A stretch of 64,000 bases of DNA, taken from NCBI RefSeq assembly GCF_009914755.1, contig NC_060928.1; one strand, 5' to 3'. This document shows, in pieces, positions 1 through 17,363 of this stretch. The position numbers and the translations under genes were made by a program. The notes beneath the pieces were generated by a model. The model ran no database searches, was not told where the DNA came from, and worked only from the letters and a program-made list of their open reading frames with translations. This DNA is from the human T2T-CHM13v2.0 reference genome, Homo sapiens. Position 1 is the first letter of the stretch. Every line of letters begins with the position of its first letter.

Positions 1-424
1 AAGAAGGCCATGCCTGAACCAAGGATGAGACCATGTCATGAACCAAGTTTTATGATTAATTAAATTTTAGGCATCCAGCATTAGAAACACAACTACTGGA
101 TTTTTGATTGGGCAAAGATGTTTCTGGTTGAACCAGCAATGGAAGCAGGAAGAGCCCTAAACCTGGGGCAAGGGGAGAGACAGGATGTGGTGTGAAAGAG
201 AAAGGAAAGGATCCCCAAGAAAGTCACACAAGTGGCCTAAAGGGAAAGGCTTGTGAGAAATCCCCTGTAGGAGCTGGTCCAGGAGCTTGGAAAAGAGAGC
301 TGTCTAGGGGTCTATTTGAAGTTGTTTCCTGTTCTGATCCTTGGTATAAGTAATCTCCAGTATCCAAAGCCCACAGTAAAACTCTACTACATAGTTAAAA
401 TACATAACAAATAACAAACTCTCT

Positions 425-545
425 TCATTCAATCACTCGTTCATTATATGCTTATTTATTGGGTTCCTATGGCATGGGGCACAGCATTTAGCAGCAAACA
501 AAACAGACCAAGTCTTTGTTCTCGTGGAGTTAATACATCATTTTC
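425..545 (-). mobile_element. L2 3' end fragment
   Basis: ttcattcaatcactcgttcatt...tatttattggg...aaacaaaacagac pattern. Confidence 0.55.
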
Positions 546-1519
546 CAGATGATACTAAATGCAATGGCAAACAATGAAGCTGTGTAACAGATTTAGGGAG
601 AGCCGGGAGTGGAGGTGATTTATATCAGTGGTGCTTGGCCAGAATGAAGAGAAAGCAAGTGCAGGGATGGCTACCCGCATAGTGGAGTGGGGACAGAGGA
701 AGGGGGATAGATAGTGAGTGGGGATTTGGAATTCTGCAGGAGCAGGGATTTGGCATCTAGGAGAACGTAAGTCCTCTTTACAGCAAACTGTGGGAACATT
801 GGAGAAGGCTCTGGATTTCCCACCATACACAGAATTTGGCTTGTATTACTTAGTTTGTAAGTTAAAGGCAAAGTTAATTCTAAAAATTAGAGAACTTGGG
901 GCGTCTGCCATTATACTTCTGTTTTTCTACTTTCTTTTGTATCAGTGGTTCTTAATCTGAAGGAGCAGTAGAGAGGAGCATGGGCATTTGTGCTTTGGAA
1001 GAGCTTTCCCAGTAATTCTGATATACCTCCTCTTCCTGCTTCCTCCCTGCCCCACATAACTCATGCCTCCATCGGTAAACATTGCTTATTTACAATAGTC
1101 ATTCCTGGCTTAATTATCCTAGGGTAGCTCAAATAATCTCAGGCTATAATTTTTCCTTAACAAAGTAATAAATAAAATCATTGACAACATATTTAATTAA
1201 ATATTTAGATTTTTAATTTAAATTTAAACATTTCAAAAGGTTGATAACATGTTTAAATTAAAAGCAACCTAGCAGAACATTTATTAGAAAACAGTAGAAT
1301 TGTTAAATGAAATGCCAGGTTCCTCAATGCCCCACCTTAAGAATCATCATGTTAGAGATTGTTTTAAAATCATTTTCTTGATCCTCTTTAACAATGGCTT
1401 CATTTTTTATGACAATATTTGTTTCCAGTATGTTGGAAATGAAACTGGACAAAACAGTTAGATGAATGCTGAATTAGCATAAAGGTCTCTTTTTTGATTT
1501 CATCTGTGTGTTTAAAGTT

Positions 1520-1740
1520 AATGTGTTGAATGCTTAGTACTTGCCAGGAAATATTTTAAGCATTTTGTGTGTATTATTTAATGTTCACAATATCTCCATG
1601 AATTGTATTCATTAATATCCCCACATACAAACAGGGAAACTAAGGTACAGCTTCCTGAAGCTGGTGAGTACAGTGCTAGACTGTTATCCAGGCAGGCTGT
1701 TTCCTGAGCTCATGGCTTTAACTCATTTGCAATACTATCT
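1520..1740 (-). mobile_element. MIR
   Basis: Core-like acagggaaactaaggtacag with typical flanks. Confidence 0.7.
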
Positions 1741-3459
1741 CCAGTAAATACCAATGCAACTAATAGAACAATGTCTCAATATTATCCACCCCATGCATTT
1801 CACTTATCTCACTTGTTAAAATGCTTTGAAAAATTTGCTACCTTGAATTTTCAAAGTCTTCCAAGTTCATGATTATCAGCTCATGAATGCTAGAAGAAAA
1901 GATGATTCACTGCTGTCCAAATTAAAATGCAGCAGGTTCTAGCTGAAAACAGTCCAGGGTTAGCTGATGACTAAATCTAAATGTCACATAGAATATCCTA
2001 TTTTATTTTTAGGAGCTCCAGGAAACAAAGATATCCAGGTACAAGCACATTACAAACTCAGTGGGCTTTGCCAGACAGCATAACTTAAGCATTTTATTTT
2101 GAGTAGAAAGAACTCACTTTGTGCCCTACAAACGGTCACGCAGTTTACTTTCATACTGTGTTCCTTCGTCTGCGGTTATTATTTCCTTCTAAAGTACACA
2201 GATAGAAACATTTGCTTGCATGAAGAAAACTTTTCCACACTCCTATTTTCTTTCCCCACCACATTCCATAGTAAAATAATATATTTTTTTACATCTCAAG
2301 TTACTTTTCTCCTTCTATAACTATTTTAGTATTTCCAGGATTTAAAAAACCACACACACACACCCCCACACACACACCCCAATCAGCATCTCTTCAAAAA
2401 AAGAAAGTTTGTGAGCTCTTAATTTCTCTATTTTGAAGTTGTTTTCCTCAGCTCCGATAACAAAGTTATCCTTAGGGCATAAGGAAGTAGGCTGTTTACA
2501 ATTAGTTAACACCAGGTCATCCTTTTTTTGACTTAAACCAGTTTTGGGGCATCAGGTATTCTTAACATTGATGCTGTGAAACTTCTAATGACCACAGGAT
2601 TCAGAATTGCGCTACCCAAGGCAATGTATAAGTTATATATATTGTAGATATTGAAACAAAAGTGGGACGAACACACCAACCTTATGATGCAAGGTAACAT
2701 ATTCCATTCTATTAAAACAATGCTAATTGGGACCTGTTAAGATGATTTCACAACTCAGAATGAGTGATGGCCCACCATCTGAGAAGCACGGGCCCTAAGC
2801 ACAGCATCCGTGGATGGTGGATGGCGGTTTTCAACCCAGGCTGAATATTAGAATTACTTGTGAAACTTCTTAGTAGTACAGATCTCACAGAGGCCCTATT
2901 AGTTAAGAATATCCAAGGAGTCATAACGAACATTTCTGAAACTTTTCGCTTGACAGATTTGGGAGTACAGTCGGACCCGGGGAGTGACAAGAACAGCAGG
3001 TTCATTTGTCACCACGAAGCGAGATAAATGAAATCTGAGGGTGGATCCAGGTTTTGTGGGGCCTGAAGCTCGTACAATTTTGGAATTCTCTGTAAGAAAA
3101 ATGATACAAAATTAGGCAAGAAGAGAAATATTTTTTGGTGAATGAGAAAACAAACCACTACAAATTACAAATTTTAAAAAGCGGACAAATCCAACAAATA
3201 CAAAAAATTCACAAAAATAACATTTTTATTAATTGGTTACCTACACAGCTCGTTAATACTTTCTACTTTACATTTATTAGATTCATGCTCATTTGATTTA
3301 TATTTGGAAATAATAGAAATAACAGAATAACTATCTGGTCTTTCATTTAGTATGGTTGATAGAAGCTTATTTTTTATTGATGATAGTTGAGAAATTTCTT
3401 CCAGCTTCACAACTTGTTATTGGAAATGTCAAGTGAATTTCTGGACTGTTGTCTGAATT

Positions 3460-3842
3460 CGTTTGTTAGGGCTCCCATTACAAAATACCACAGACTGGGT
3501 GACTTATACAACATGAATTTATTTTCACAAATTCTGGAGTCTGGATGTTCATGATCAAGGTGTCGGCAGGTTTGGTTTCTTCTGAGGCCTCTCTCCTTGG
3601 CTCACAGAAGGACGTCTTCTTGCTGTGTCTTCACATGGCTGTCCCTCTGTGTGTGTTTGTGTCCTAATCTCCTCTTCTTATAAGGACACCTGTTATGCTC
3701 CATCAGGGCCCATCTTAATGACTCCATTTTAACTTAATTAGCTCTTTAAAGATATTTTCTCCAAATACAGACACATTTTAAAGTACTGAGGAGGCGTTTT
3801 AACTTTATGAATTTTAGGGGGGACACAAATCAGCTTATAACA
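3460..3842 (-). mobile_element. MLT1B/C MaLR solo LTR
   Basis: agggct..acaaaataccacagactgggtgactta..atcaaggtgtcggcagg..ggggacacaaatcagc. Confidence 0.85.
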
Positions 3843-4056
3843 TTGTTAAACTTGCAAAAACATCTTTCAGATACTTTCATATTAAAATTTTCCTTGTGCA
3901 GTGATTGATCCTAAGTACTCTGAACTATTGACATTTTAACTAATTTGATGGCTAGGTCCTCATTATATTAGTTTATTGCCATCTCTTTGTAGACATCAAA
4001 GCAGCAAAAAAGGAACACATTTTCCAATAATTTATTTTCCGTTATTATTTAGATTT

Positions 4057-4359
4057 TCTTTTTTTTCCTTTCTTTTGAGATAAGGTCTCACTCTGTTGAC
4101 GAGGCTGAAGTGCAGTGGTGTGATCATGCCTCACTGCAGTCTTGACCTCCTGGGCTCCAGCGATCCTCCCACCTCAGCCTCCTGAATAGCTGGAACTATA
4201 GGTGTGCACCATCAAGCCGGGCTAATTTTTAGTATGTTTCGTAGAGAGGGAGTTTAGCCACGTTGCTCAGGCTGGTCTTGAACTCCTGGACTCAAGTGAT
4301 CTGCCTGTCTCAGCATCCCAAATTCTTGGGATTACAGGCATGAGCCACTGTGCCTGGCC
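4057..4359 (-). mobile_element. AluJ
   Basis: Diverged full-length antisense Alu with J-type diagnostics. Confidence 0.9.
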
Positions 4360-5384
4360 CATTATTTAAATTTTCAAACAATCCAAGCATTTACTTGTTA
4401 CTTCTATTTGAAATTTGTCACATTATTTTAATGAATTACTGCTGTTGGTATAATCTAAAAAAAAATTTACAGTTTGTTTCCTCAACATTAATTTCAATTT
4501 ATTTCATTTTTAATCTGTATTGGTTTTGTTTTATATGCAATTAATTTTTATTTAAAAATTTTCTGCTACTTAATAAATATTTAAATTATAAAAGAACCTA
4601 TGATTTATATGAGACCAAATCAGAAGTTTGTAACTTGTCCCTGTTTTTTAAAGAAAACATTCCTAAACTTCTTGCCAAATTGCAGTTGAGCTTTATTATA
4701 ATAAGTATGCCATTTTTTATGAAAAGAGAAAAAAACTTTTTTAACTGTATTTTTTTAATAACTGTATATCCTAACTTATTGGGTATATAATCCTGACAGG
4801 ACAGAACTTCAGTTTGGACAAGGTAGAGATGAGAACTGAATCCTCCACTACATTTCACATGGCTGATGTGGGAAGCATTTGTACAGACTAACTTCTGTTT
4901 CCATACATTTCAAACTTTGTTTCTCATTGACTATCCACATGCTTCCAGTACCAATTGCCATAAGAGATGTTCATTTCTTGAACTGGCTCTGTCCTTACAA
5001 CTTCAGGATGCCAGGTGAGTTGACACAGTGGGGGGTAGAAGTATTCCTGGAAGCCGTTTCTACACTGGAACAGTTAGCAATGACTTTACTATACACGGAA
5101 ACGACTGTGAACCACAGAAATATAGCCCACTCAACTCAAACTGAAAATGTCCCCATGTCACCTTTCACTTTTGTTATTTTCCAAAAGTGCCTGTGGTTAC
5201 TCCAGCATCAGCGGACATAGGGGAAGTCAGAGTGGAAAGGGACAGAGGACTGAATAAATTGTGGCTAAAATAGCCTGCTTTTGAAGATCTCATAAAAACA
5301 TGACTATCTGAATATATTGCTAGGGCCCTCCCAGAGTTCTGGAAGGGGCCGTACAAGTTAGGGCAGGGGGTGCTCTGCATCTTA

Positions 5385-5513
5385 GCCATTTATGCCTAGT
5401 GTTCCATTTTTGGAACGCTAAGCATGTGGCAGTTATTTACATCCTACTGCTCAAGATCATCGCCAGGTCTGATTTTTCACACACACAAAATTGCAACCTC
5501 TGGCATAGATGGG
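5385..5513 (-). mobile_element. MER85 piggyBac MITE
   Basis: TIRs ccatttatgcc / ggcatagatggg; degenerate TTAA flanks (ttag, ttat); internal palindrome GTTCCATTTTTGGAAC at 5401-5416. Confidence 0.9.
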
Positions 5514-5911
5514 TTATGGTTCATTATCTTTATGAAAATCTGACTCTGGCGAAGTGTCAGGAAGCTCTGTTGCCCCCCATACCATAAGTGGTTATTTGAG
5601 GTTTCTCCCTAGTACAGTGGTTTCCCAAAGTGTGTCTCCAAATTAGTCCATGATGATTTCAATAATGGAAGAAAAAACAAAATGAAAAAGATAAGGACAG
5701 TGTGATATGTATGTATCACATGGGGTTGTCAACTGTTCTCCTTGAGAGGGACTGTCATTTCTGAAGGAGAGAATACCTTTCCTATTAATTTGGTGTCAAC
5801 ATATCCTTCCTTATTTGAAATAGTGACACCAATGGAGAGTAAAGTGTCAAGCTGGCAACCTTATGCTGGTCTCTCCCCCTTCTGCTTTTACTATCATAGA
5901 TTCCATTCAGC

Positions 5912-6667
5912 CTGTTAGTCCCTTTGGGCTGCTATAGCAAAGTACATAGACTAGGTGGCTTCTAAGAACAGATATTTCTTTCTTCTTTTTAAATATTTTT
6001 AATTTATTTTATTTTTATTTTCTATTTCCATAGGTTTTGGGGGAACAGGTGGTGTTTGGTTACATGAATAAGTTCTTTAGTGGTGATTTCTGAGATTTTG
6101 GTACACTGATCACCCAAGCAGTTGTACATTGTACCCAATGTGTAGTCTTGTATCCCTCACCCCCCTCTCACCCTTTCCTCAGAGTCCCTGAAGTCCATTG
6201 TATCATTCTTATGCCTTTGCATCCTCATAGCTTAGCTCCCACTTATGAGTGAGAACATACAATGTTTGTTTTTCTATTCCTGAGTTACTTCACTTAGAAT
6301 AATAGTCACCAATTTCATCCAGGTCACCGCGAATGCCATTATTTCAATTACAGACATTTATTTCTCACAGTTCTGGTGGCTAGAAGTCCAAAATCAGGGT
6401 GTCAGCACTGTCGGGTTCTGGCGAGGGCCCTTTTCCTGGGTTCTGGCAAGGGCCGTTTTCTCATGTTGTGGACTTCTAGCTGTATTCTAACGTGGTGGAA
6501 GGAGAGGATAAGAGAGATCTCCAGGGTCCCTTTTGTAATCTCATTCACGAAGCCTCCACTCCCATGACCTAATCACTTCCTAAAGGTCCCACCTCCAAAT
6601 ACCATCACATTGGTGGTTAGGATTTCAACATAGGAATTTTGGGGGAACAAACATTCAGCCCCTAACA
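5912..6667 (-). mobile_element. MLT1A/MST-type LTR interrupted by an L1 3' end (5984-6349, - strand)
   Basis: MaLR motifs on both sides; L1 flanked by TSD acagatatttctttct (5968-5983) / acagacatttatttct (6350-6365). Confidence 0.85.
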
Positions 6668-6741
6668 AGGAAGAGAGAGAAAATGGAAGATTGCGTGGGA
6701 CAATTTCTGGCCAGATCTATCTAGAAGTGCATTCATCTCTC

Positions 6742-7048
6742 TTTTTTTTTTTTTTTTTTTTTTTTTTTGAGATGGAGTCTTGCTCTGTTGCCCAGGCTGG
6801 AGTGCAGTGGCACAATCTCGGCTCACTGCAACCACCGCCTCCCGGGTTAAAGCAATTCTCTGCCTCAGCCTCCAGAGTAGCTGGGATTACAGGTGCCTGC
6901 CACCACACCTGGCTAATTTTTTGTCTTTTTAGTAGAGACAGGGTTTCACCATGTTGGCCAGGCTGGTCTTGAACTCCTGACCTCACGATCCACCTACCTC
7001 GGCCTCCCAAATTGTTGGGATTACAGGTGTGAGCCACTGCGCCCGGCC
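6742..7048 (-). mobile_element. AluS
   Basis: Full length, poly-T, TSD gtgcattcatctct. Confidence 0.95.
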
Positions 7049-7309
7049 TGTGCATTCATCTCTTTTGCCTACATTTCTTTGACCAGAACTCAGCCCCATT
7101 GTTCCACCCTAGTTATGTGAATAGCTGAGACATGTGTTCCCAGCAGGAGAATGCATTGGCAAACCACAGCATTACCTCTACCATGTGGACTTTTTCTGGA
7201 TCCTGATAATGTTTTAAGCAGTAGGAGTAGAATATGATTATTATTTTAGGCCTCTAGTCTATTTCATTACTTTTTACCACATAAAGTGACAACCTCAATA
7301 CCTAAATTT

Positions 7310-7828
7310 AGTATTGCTTTGTATTGTTGTGTAACAAATTATCACAGATGTACACCATCACCCAATTATTATCTCATAGTTCTGTACATCAGAAGACTGG
7401 CATGGCATGGCTGTATTCTCTGCTTAGAGTCTTACAAGTCAGAATCAAGGCATGCTTTTCTGGAGGATCTGAGGAGGAATTCACATCCAAGCTCATTCAG
7501 CTTATTGCAGGATTCTGTTCCTTGCTGTGAACCTGGGACTGAGGTTCTGAATTATTTGGCTGTGGCTCTTTCCATCTTCAAGCCAGCAATGGTGTATCAA
7601 ACCCTTCTCACCTTTGAATTTCTCTGACTTTGTCTTCTGCTTTTAAGGGCTCAGGTGGTTACCTTGGGCCCACCCAAGTACTCCAGGATAATCTTCCTGT
7701 TTTAAGGTTTAACTGAGTCATAACCTTAATTACATCTGAAACGTCTCTTTCACTATGTAAAGTTACATATTCATGGCTTGTAATGCCAGGGGTCAAATGT
7801 CACTGGGACCAAAATTCTGCCTACTACA
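7310..7828 (-). mobile_element. MLT1E/F-like LTR
   Basis: ttgtgtaacaaattatcac..ttattatctcatagttctgta..ttgggcccaccc..ccaggataatct. Confidence 0.75.
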
Positions 7829-8499
7829 CCAGGAGTATCTCACAGAGACAGCCTTCCTTCTATTTTCACTCATTTTCCAACTCTGTCAAAGACCCAAGAG
7901 AACTCTAGCCTCTCCCAAATGCAGCCGGAAGTACCACATGTTACCAGTTTTGCTCCTCTGTTTGATTACAGGTGTGTGTGGAAGAGTGGGCTGCTCTGTC
8001 TCACCACTGGCTGGGTGGGTGAAGAGGGGATGGGAGCACTGGGGAGGGGTCTGGCACTGTAGGTTGTGGTGGTGAGTGACACTACTGTGGTTGAGTCTTC
8101 CTTCTTTTAAAAATCAAATGTATTATACTATGGGGCTGACACACGTTCTTTAATGCCACTCTCGCTCATATTCTAACCCATTGGACCAATAAATTAAATA
8201 AAAAAGATCTAAAAAGAAAAGCACTCTTTTGTTAACACTAGATAAAAACTGTTTCAGGAATTCTCTCTCTTTAAAACTCACTTTCTACATACATTCAGAT
8301 CCCAAGAAGTCTCTAGCAACTTGCAAACCTCACAGTCCAAAGTATTGGATATCATTGGTTTTTCTCCTCTACCCAAATGCAGATATCTGAGAGGGTGCGC
8401 TGGGGACACGTATCTGACATATTTTGAGGAGAGCTTATTAACAAAATTACAGTGCTCATAGGCAAGAGTAATGTGTTACATGCTTCTTTGTAACTCTAA

Positions 8500-9459
8500 A
8501 AAGAAACTTATCATCAGAGTGAGCAGGCAACCTACAGAATGGGAGAAAATTTTTGCAATCTATCCATCTGACAAAGGGCTAATATCCAGAATCTACAAGA
8601 ACTTAAACAAATTTACAAGAAAAAAAACCATCAAAAAGTGGGCAAAGGATATGAATAGACACTTCTCAAAAGAAGACATTTATGCAGCCAACAAACCTGA
8701 AAAAATGCTCATCATCACTGGTCATCAGAGAAATGCAAATCAAAACCACAATGAGATACCATCTCACACCAGTTATAATGGTGATCATTAAAAAGTCAGG
8801 AAACAACAGATTCTAGAGAGAACGTGGAGAAATAGGAATGCTTTTACACTGTTGGTGGGAGTGTAAATTAGTTCAACTATTGTGGAAGACAGTGTGGCGA
8901 TTCCTCAAGGATCTAGAACTAGAATTACCATTTGACCCAGCAATCCCATTACTGGGTATATACCCAAAGGATTATAAATCATTCTACTATACAGACACAT
9001 GCACACATATATTTATTGTGGCATTATTCACAATAAAAAAGACTTGGAACCAACCCAAATTAGACTGGATAAGGAAAATGTGGCACATATACAACATGGA
9101 ATACTATGCAGCCATCAAAAAGGATGAGTTCATGTTCCTTGCAAGGACAGGGATGAAGCTGGAAACCATCATTCTCAGCAAACTATCACAAGAACAGAAA
9201 ACCAAACACTGTATGCTCTCACTCATAAGTGGGAGTTGAACAAGGAGAACACATGGACACAGGGAGGGGAACATCACATACCAGGGCTTGTCAGGGGATG
9301 GGGGGCTAGGGGAGGGATAGCATTAGGAGAAATACCTAATGTAGGTGACGGGTTGTTGGGTGCAGCAAACCACCATGGCATGTGTATAGCTATGTAACAA
9401 ACCTGCACATTCTGCACATGTACCCCAGAACTTAAAGTATAGTAATAATAATAATAAAA
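8500..9459 (+). mobile_element. L1PA 3' end (ORF2 C-terminus plus 3'UTR)
   Basis: ORF2 fragments ([21 protein letters not shown]), G-rich 3'UTR, A-rich tail. Confidence 0.95.
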
Positions 9460-9489
9460 GACCTTTCCAAGTTGCTATAAACTATAGGG

Positions 9490-10007
9490 GTGACAAAACT
9501 CTACTATTTTCTTAGGGTCTCAACTGGGCTTGAGAATTAAATTGACATAAGAGAGATTAACAGGAGAAAAACATACAAATGTATTTAGTACAAACTTTTT
9601 GTGGCATTTGAGCCCTCATAAGTAAATTAAAACTTGAAGAAGCAGAGCCAAACACTTACATACTGAATTGGACAAAGAGTAGTAAATTGCAACAAAGTGG
9701 TAAGGTAAAGGGCCTTGGGCTAGGTTAGTCAGTTGGGTAGAGAAGTGGCTGGGAAAATAAGGATTTGCGTAACAGGGTTTGTTTTGTGCCGAGTTCCTTG
9801 GCTTCAACTTCCCATCCTTGACCATAAGAATGTTGCTTTCTTTTCTAGTACAGGGAGGACTTTTTTACATGAGAATTTTGTCTCCTGTTTTTAAGAAATA
9901 GCATGAAGGTTAGAGTGATCTCGCATCTGCTGTTCTTTTTTTAAGTGCCTTTAACTTCAATATGTCAGAGCAGCATATTTTGGGGTGGCATATTTTTAAC
10001 ACCTTCA
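9490..10007 (-). mobile_element. ERV1-class solo LTR (MER34/MER39/MER49-like)
   Basis: aattgacataagagagattaacaggagaaaa..catattttggggtggcat; TG...CA ends. Confidence 0.6.
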
Positions 10008-10624
10008 GAACATATTAGCAATTTGCTAAATTCTTGCTGAATGAAAGGATGAATGAATGAATAAAACCTGAAGTGTAGTTCAACTGTTGCAACATTATAA
10101 GCAAATGAAATTGAAAAAGACAGACCATGTAATGAGGTCAATGTGTGTAAGGAAAGCTATTCATGTCAGAAGAAAGAGCAGGTTCACATCACATATTGCG
10201 ACTGTGGTTTCAATTGTTATGTCTAAACTCCAGAATGACTTGTTATAAAACTCTGCTTTTTGTGTTCTATGCCTCTAGTTTATGTTTTAAGATGGCATCA
10301 CACTAACTGCTTCCCATAAAAAGAGTATTCTCATAGAAAAACAGTGTTTTCATAGATAGATAATTATAGTTGTTTGAATTGTCTTTCAAAACTAGACACA
10401 CCATTTGACTCAAAGTTAGAAATTTATGTTAAGAGGTAAATACGGAAAACTAAATCTAACCTTCTGTTACTTTATGTAGCAGGGAGTCTGCTTCTATGCC
10501 CTACTGATCAATTCAGTAGAAAAACGTTTGCTAACATAGTGTTGAGTGGCAATGTAACTAACTACCTGAGTTTTTTGTTTTCCACCAAATGGTTTTAAGA
10601 TTCTAACAATACAATGAAGATGTT

Positions 10625-12720
<2,096 letters not shown>

Positions 12721-12750
12721 TGTGATTTGGTGTACTCAAATCCATTTGCC

Positions 12751-12951
12751 TGGGATCTTGACTTTAGTACCTACAAATCAGGCCCTAGGCAAGGCATTTA
12801 ACCTTCCTGTGCCTCAGTTTCCTCGTTTGTGAAACAGGGATAAAAATAGTTATCACCTTATGTTATTGTTGTGAGACCCAAGTAAGTTCATCCATGTAAA
12901 GCTCTTAGTGCTTAGCACATACTAAATTCTCAGTAAATTCTAACTATTATT
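12751..12951 (+). mobile_element. MIR
   Basis: ttaaccttcctgtgcctcagtttcctcgtttgtgaaacagggataa core. Confidence 0.85.
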
Positions 12952-13157
12952 TTCAGTTGAGGTAGGGTTACTTTCCTCAGTTTATTCAAGGATAAAACAA
13001 CCCAGAGCCCCGGAAATGTAACATGCTCCTTGGACTTTCTCAGTCTCATTTCCTCAACCAGACATTTAGTAGGTCATAGTCATTTCTAAATTGAGGCTTC
13101 TGTCCAGGGTTAGAAGTACAGCTATTGTGTGTAATTGATTGATGATATATTGTTTAG

Positions 13158-13480
<323 letters not shown>

Positions 13481-15306
13481 AGGGGGCAAAGATTTTTAAA
13501 AATTCTTAAGAAAATTAGAGATCCAGACAGTTTTCTTGTTCATATCAGCAGACATAGCAGAAAGCCTCTGTCCTCAGAAGAGAGCCTATGGATTTGGACA
13601 GATGTCTGCACGGGAACTTGATGGAGACTCCAGAGTTCCACTTCCTAATGTGACAAACCCACAAGAGAGGATCTGAATGATAATGGCATCAATAGTGTGC
13701 CTAGTGCATGAAAGGAAGAATGGCTCAAAGAAGAAGAGTGCCTGAATGAAGGCCACCTTGAATTTTCTGTACAATGTATCTCAAGTAGTTGAGTGATCTA
13801 CTGAGTAGGGTCCTTTAGGGTCATTCACTTTTACACTGATTAATGTCTATCAAAATTCTGTTTTAATCTTTCCTTGACAGTGACTAATCAAGAGACCTGG
13901 TCATACCTTAAAACTGTTCTTATTTCATTACAGGACAGAGAAGTTTGTTTTCTTATGTTTCATGAGGTATTTTTTTAAATAAAATCTGTAATTCACATTT
14001 AAGGTTTTTAAATTATTTAAAAGAATGTTCTTTTCTGCTATTTTTGTGTGTGCCTGTTTAAAACTCTCCTATATAGATTTTATAGTGCAAATCAGAATCC
14101 TTTTAGACATGCAATTTTATATTGTGCTGACTAAGCCAAAGTTTGTACAGTCATCTGTATCCTTTTACTGTTTTTATCCTCTGACATGATTTTAGATAAT
14201 GATGAAAAATAGACCTGCCGAAAACAACACCAACATTTCTGAAGAGTGAATTAATCCCTTCCTGTTTGCAATTTGGGTATCGTTGGTGACATTATCACAT
14301 ATCTTCAAACTTGGAAGATGACTGTGGTATAGCTTCCTGCCTCCTCCAATACAGCAGCCATCAATTTAGACAAAATACAGACATAATTATGTCCCTGAAA
14401 AAACAGAAAGGATGGTAAATTTCTCTTACAAGTGAGTGAAGACCCAGGCCTCCCAAATTTAGCCAGCTTTCTCTTGCAGGGACTGATTCTTGCCTCATCT
14501 GTTTCTCCCACAGAAAACACATCCTTTGACAAAAGTGAGAGAGTGTTTTGTGGGAAAAAAAAAGAGATCCAAGAATTAGCTTACTTTGTGTGAAATAATG
14601 CCTTCCTCGACTGCATGCATCACTGAGATATTGATTTATGTTTTTTACTTTGACAGTTTAAATTTTAGATAGAAATAATTTACTTTCCAGGATATCTTTT
14701 TGGGTATAGTACAGTGTCTTTTAAACATTCTCCATGTAAGCATGTCAATTTGCCTGAAGTTCCCCTGTCCCTGGATCAGGTGCCGGCATGCATTTCCTCT
14801 CTCTCTGCCAGCCTGCTGCTCTCACCCTCCCACCCCACCACCAGATCAGAGGAGGGCTGTGGTCCCAATAGAGGTGCTCAATTCACTGATCCTTTGGAGG
14901 AGGTAACAGAAGCAGTAGTGGCAGGAGATGGGGGTCGAAGGAAGGGGCATGGAGCCAGCAGACTGAAAAATACTACCGTGGGCTTGCATTCAGCAGTGTC
15001 TACCTTGTGAACCATATCAGAGCTGGACTCCAGGACACTGATATGTAATTACCTATTCTGTAGGGAAAAGGAAAGACTCAGTATCAGTAATAACAAACAT
15101 GCCTATTGTTCTTTTCTGGTTACAAAATATTTTTACACATATAATATTTGATTCTCATAATAACTTTGTGAAGTAGGCATAAAAGGCATTCTTATTAGTC
15201 ATGCCCCTTTGCAAATGAGACAAGCGAGGTTCAGAAAGTTTAAATGGCTTACTAAAATACACAAAGCTAAGAATCATCATCACCATAGCAGCTAACATTG
15301 ATCTAA

Positions 15307-15660
<354 letters not shown>

Positions 15661-16511
15661 TATATGGATAGTTTTTTAAATTTAAGATAGCAAACTGCAA
15701 AACCAAAACCCAAAAATAGGCAAAGCTCTGTATCATTTCTACTATACGAAACAGCCTTCTTCAACAGTAATTCTCAGACACCCAAAAGTAAGTATTAGGA
15801 AGTCCAATACAAAATTTAAATTCCCAGAAAGCAACAGATCCTATAACTAATATCTTATAGTTAGGCCTACTTTAAGAAGATTTTTGAGAAAATGATTTAT
15901 TTAAATTGACTATCCTTTCCAAATTTTTTCATTCAGTTTTCTATTACATTGACACATCTTATGATTTCACAAAAAGTGGGTAGAAAAGTGTAGCAAACAG
16001 CTGCCCTCCTATAAGGTTGCCCCCATCCTTTAGCATAAAACAATTCAAGCATTCAACATGAAAAAGTTCAATTACTCAAAGGTGCCTAAAATAATTTTAT
16101 AGTTGATTATATGAAGGCATATTCTCTCTGCTGAGACTGGGTTATCTACCTAAATACATATTGGAACTGCTCATATAGTTTCCTGATAGATAACTTGGCA
16201 CATTTTCTTTGGATTTTAGTGTGTTCAAACATTTATAATATATTATATAAAAAGAGAAAAAACTACACTTCACTAAGCATGAGCTCTAAGTGAGTAATTT
16301 AAATCTGAGAGCATTTTGCTTTCAGAGTAAACACATTCGTAGCAAACATGCTCCCTGCTCCCAATCATGAGCCAGTGGCAGACATTGCTAGTTGCTGAAA
16401 ACATTTGTTCCTTCTAAAGCAGGACTCAAAGCAGCATCAAAGCTTGTACTCTAATCGGCTATTACTGATCATTCACAGTTGGCACCTGTGAAGAAACCTA
16501 GATCTGAATAA

Positions 16512-16690
16512 GGTTGGTGGATTGTAGCAAAGTCAATATCCCTGTTGAGATATTGTACTGTATTATGGTTTTGTGAGATGTTACCACTGGGGGAAACTGG
16601 GTAAAGGATACACAGAATCTCTCTCTATTATTTCTTACAACTGCATGTGAATCTACAATTACCTGAAAACAAAAAGTTTAATTAAAAAAA
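16512..16690 (+). mobile_element. L1MC-type 3' end
   Basis: gatgttaccactgggggaaactgggtaaagg..tgcatgtgaatctacaatta, followed by an A tail. Confidence 0.8.
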
Positions 16691-16853
16691 GAAATCTATT
16701 TGTCACTTGAGATTTGCAATACATTTCAATGAAAATCTGTTTGATGCATTTATGGAATGACCATTTTAATTAAATGACAATTTCAGAGCAGGTAAACCAC
16801 TAGGACATTTGGTTCAACCCTTTTATTTCAAAATGAGGAAATAAGGCTAAGGT

Positions 16854-17237
<384 letters not shown>

Positions 17238-17363
17238 TTACATGGAACAGAGAAATAAACTGACATTTATTAGGTGACTCTTTTGTGGCAGACGCTGTGC
17301 TAAGGGGACTTACATAAATGAACCTGCTTGACTTCCAAATACTTCTCGTAGGTGTTAGTCTCA

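Larger units (their letters stand above)
3037..5380. mobile_element. hAT-Tip100 Zaphod/MER115-like DNA transposon remnant, interrupted by MLT1 and Alu
   Basis: Left end ggatccaggttttgtggggcctgaagct..tacaattt and right end tagggccctcccag..ttctggaaggggcc resemble recalled termini. Confidence 0.6.

Noticed and set aside
6691-7055. Alu-derived ORFs (also at 11738-12479, 15334, 39603, 61431, 63455 and others)
   Set aside because: Standard spurious Alu translations.
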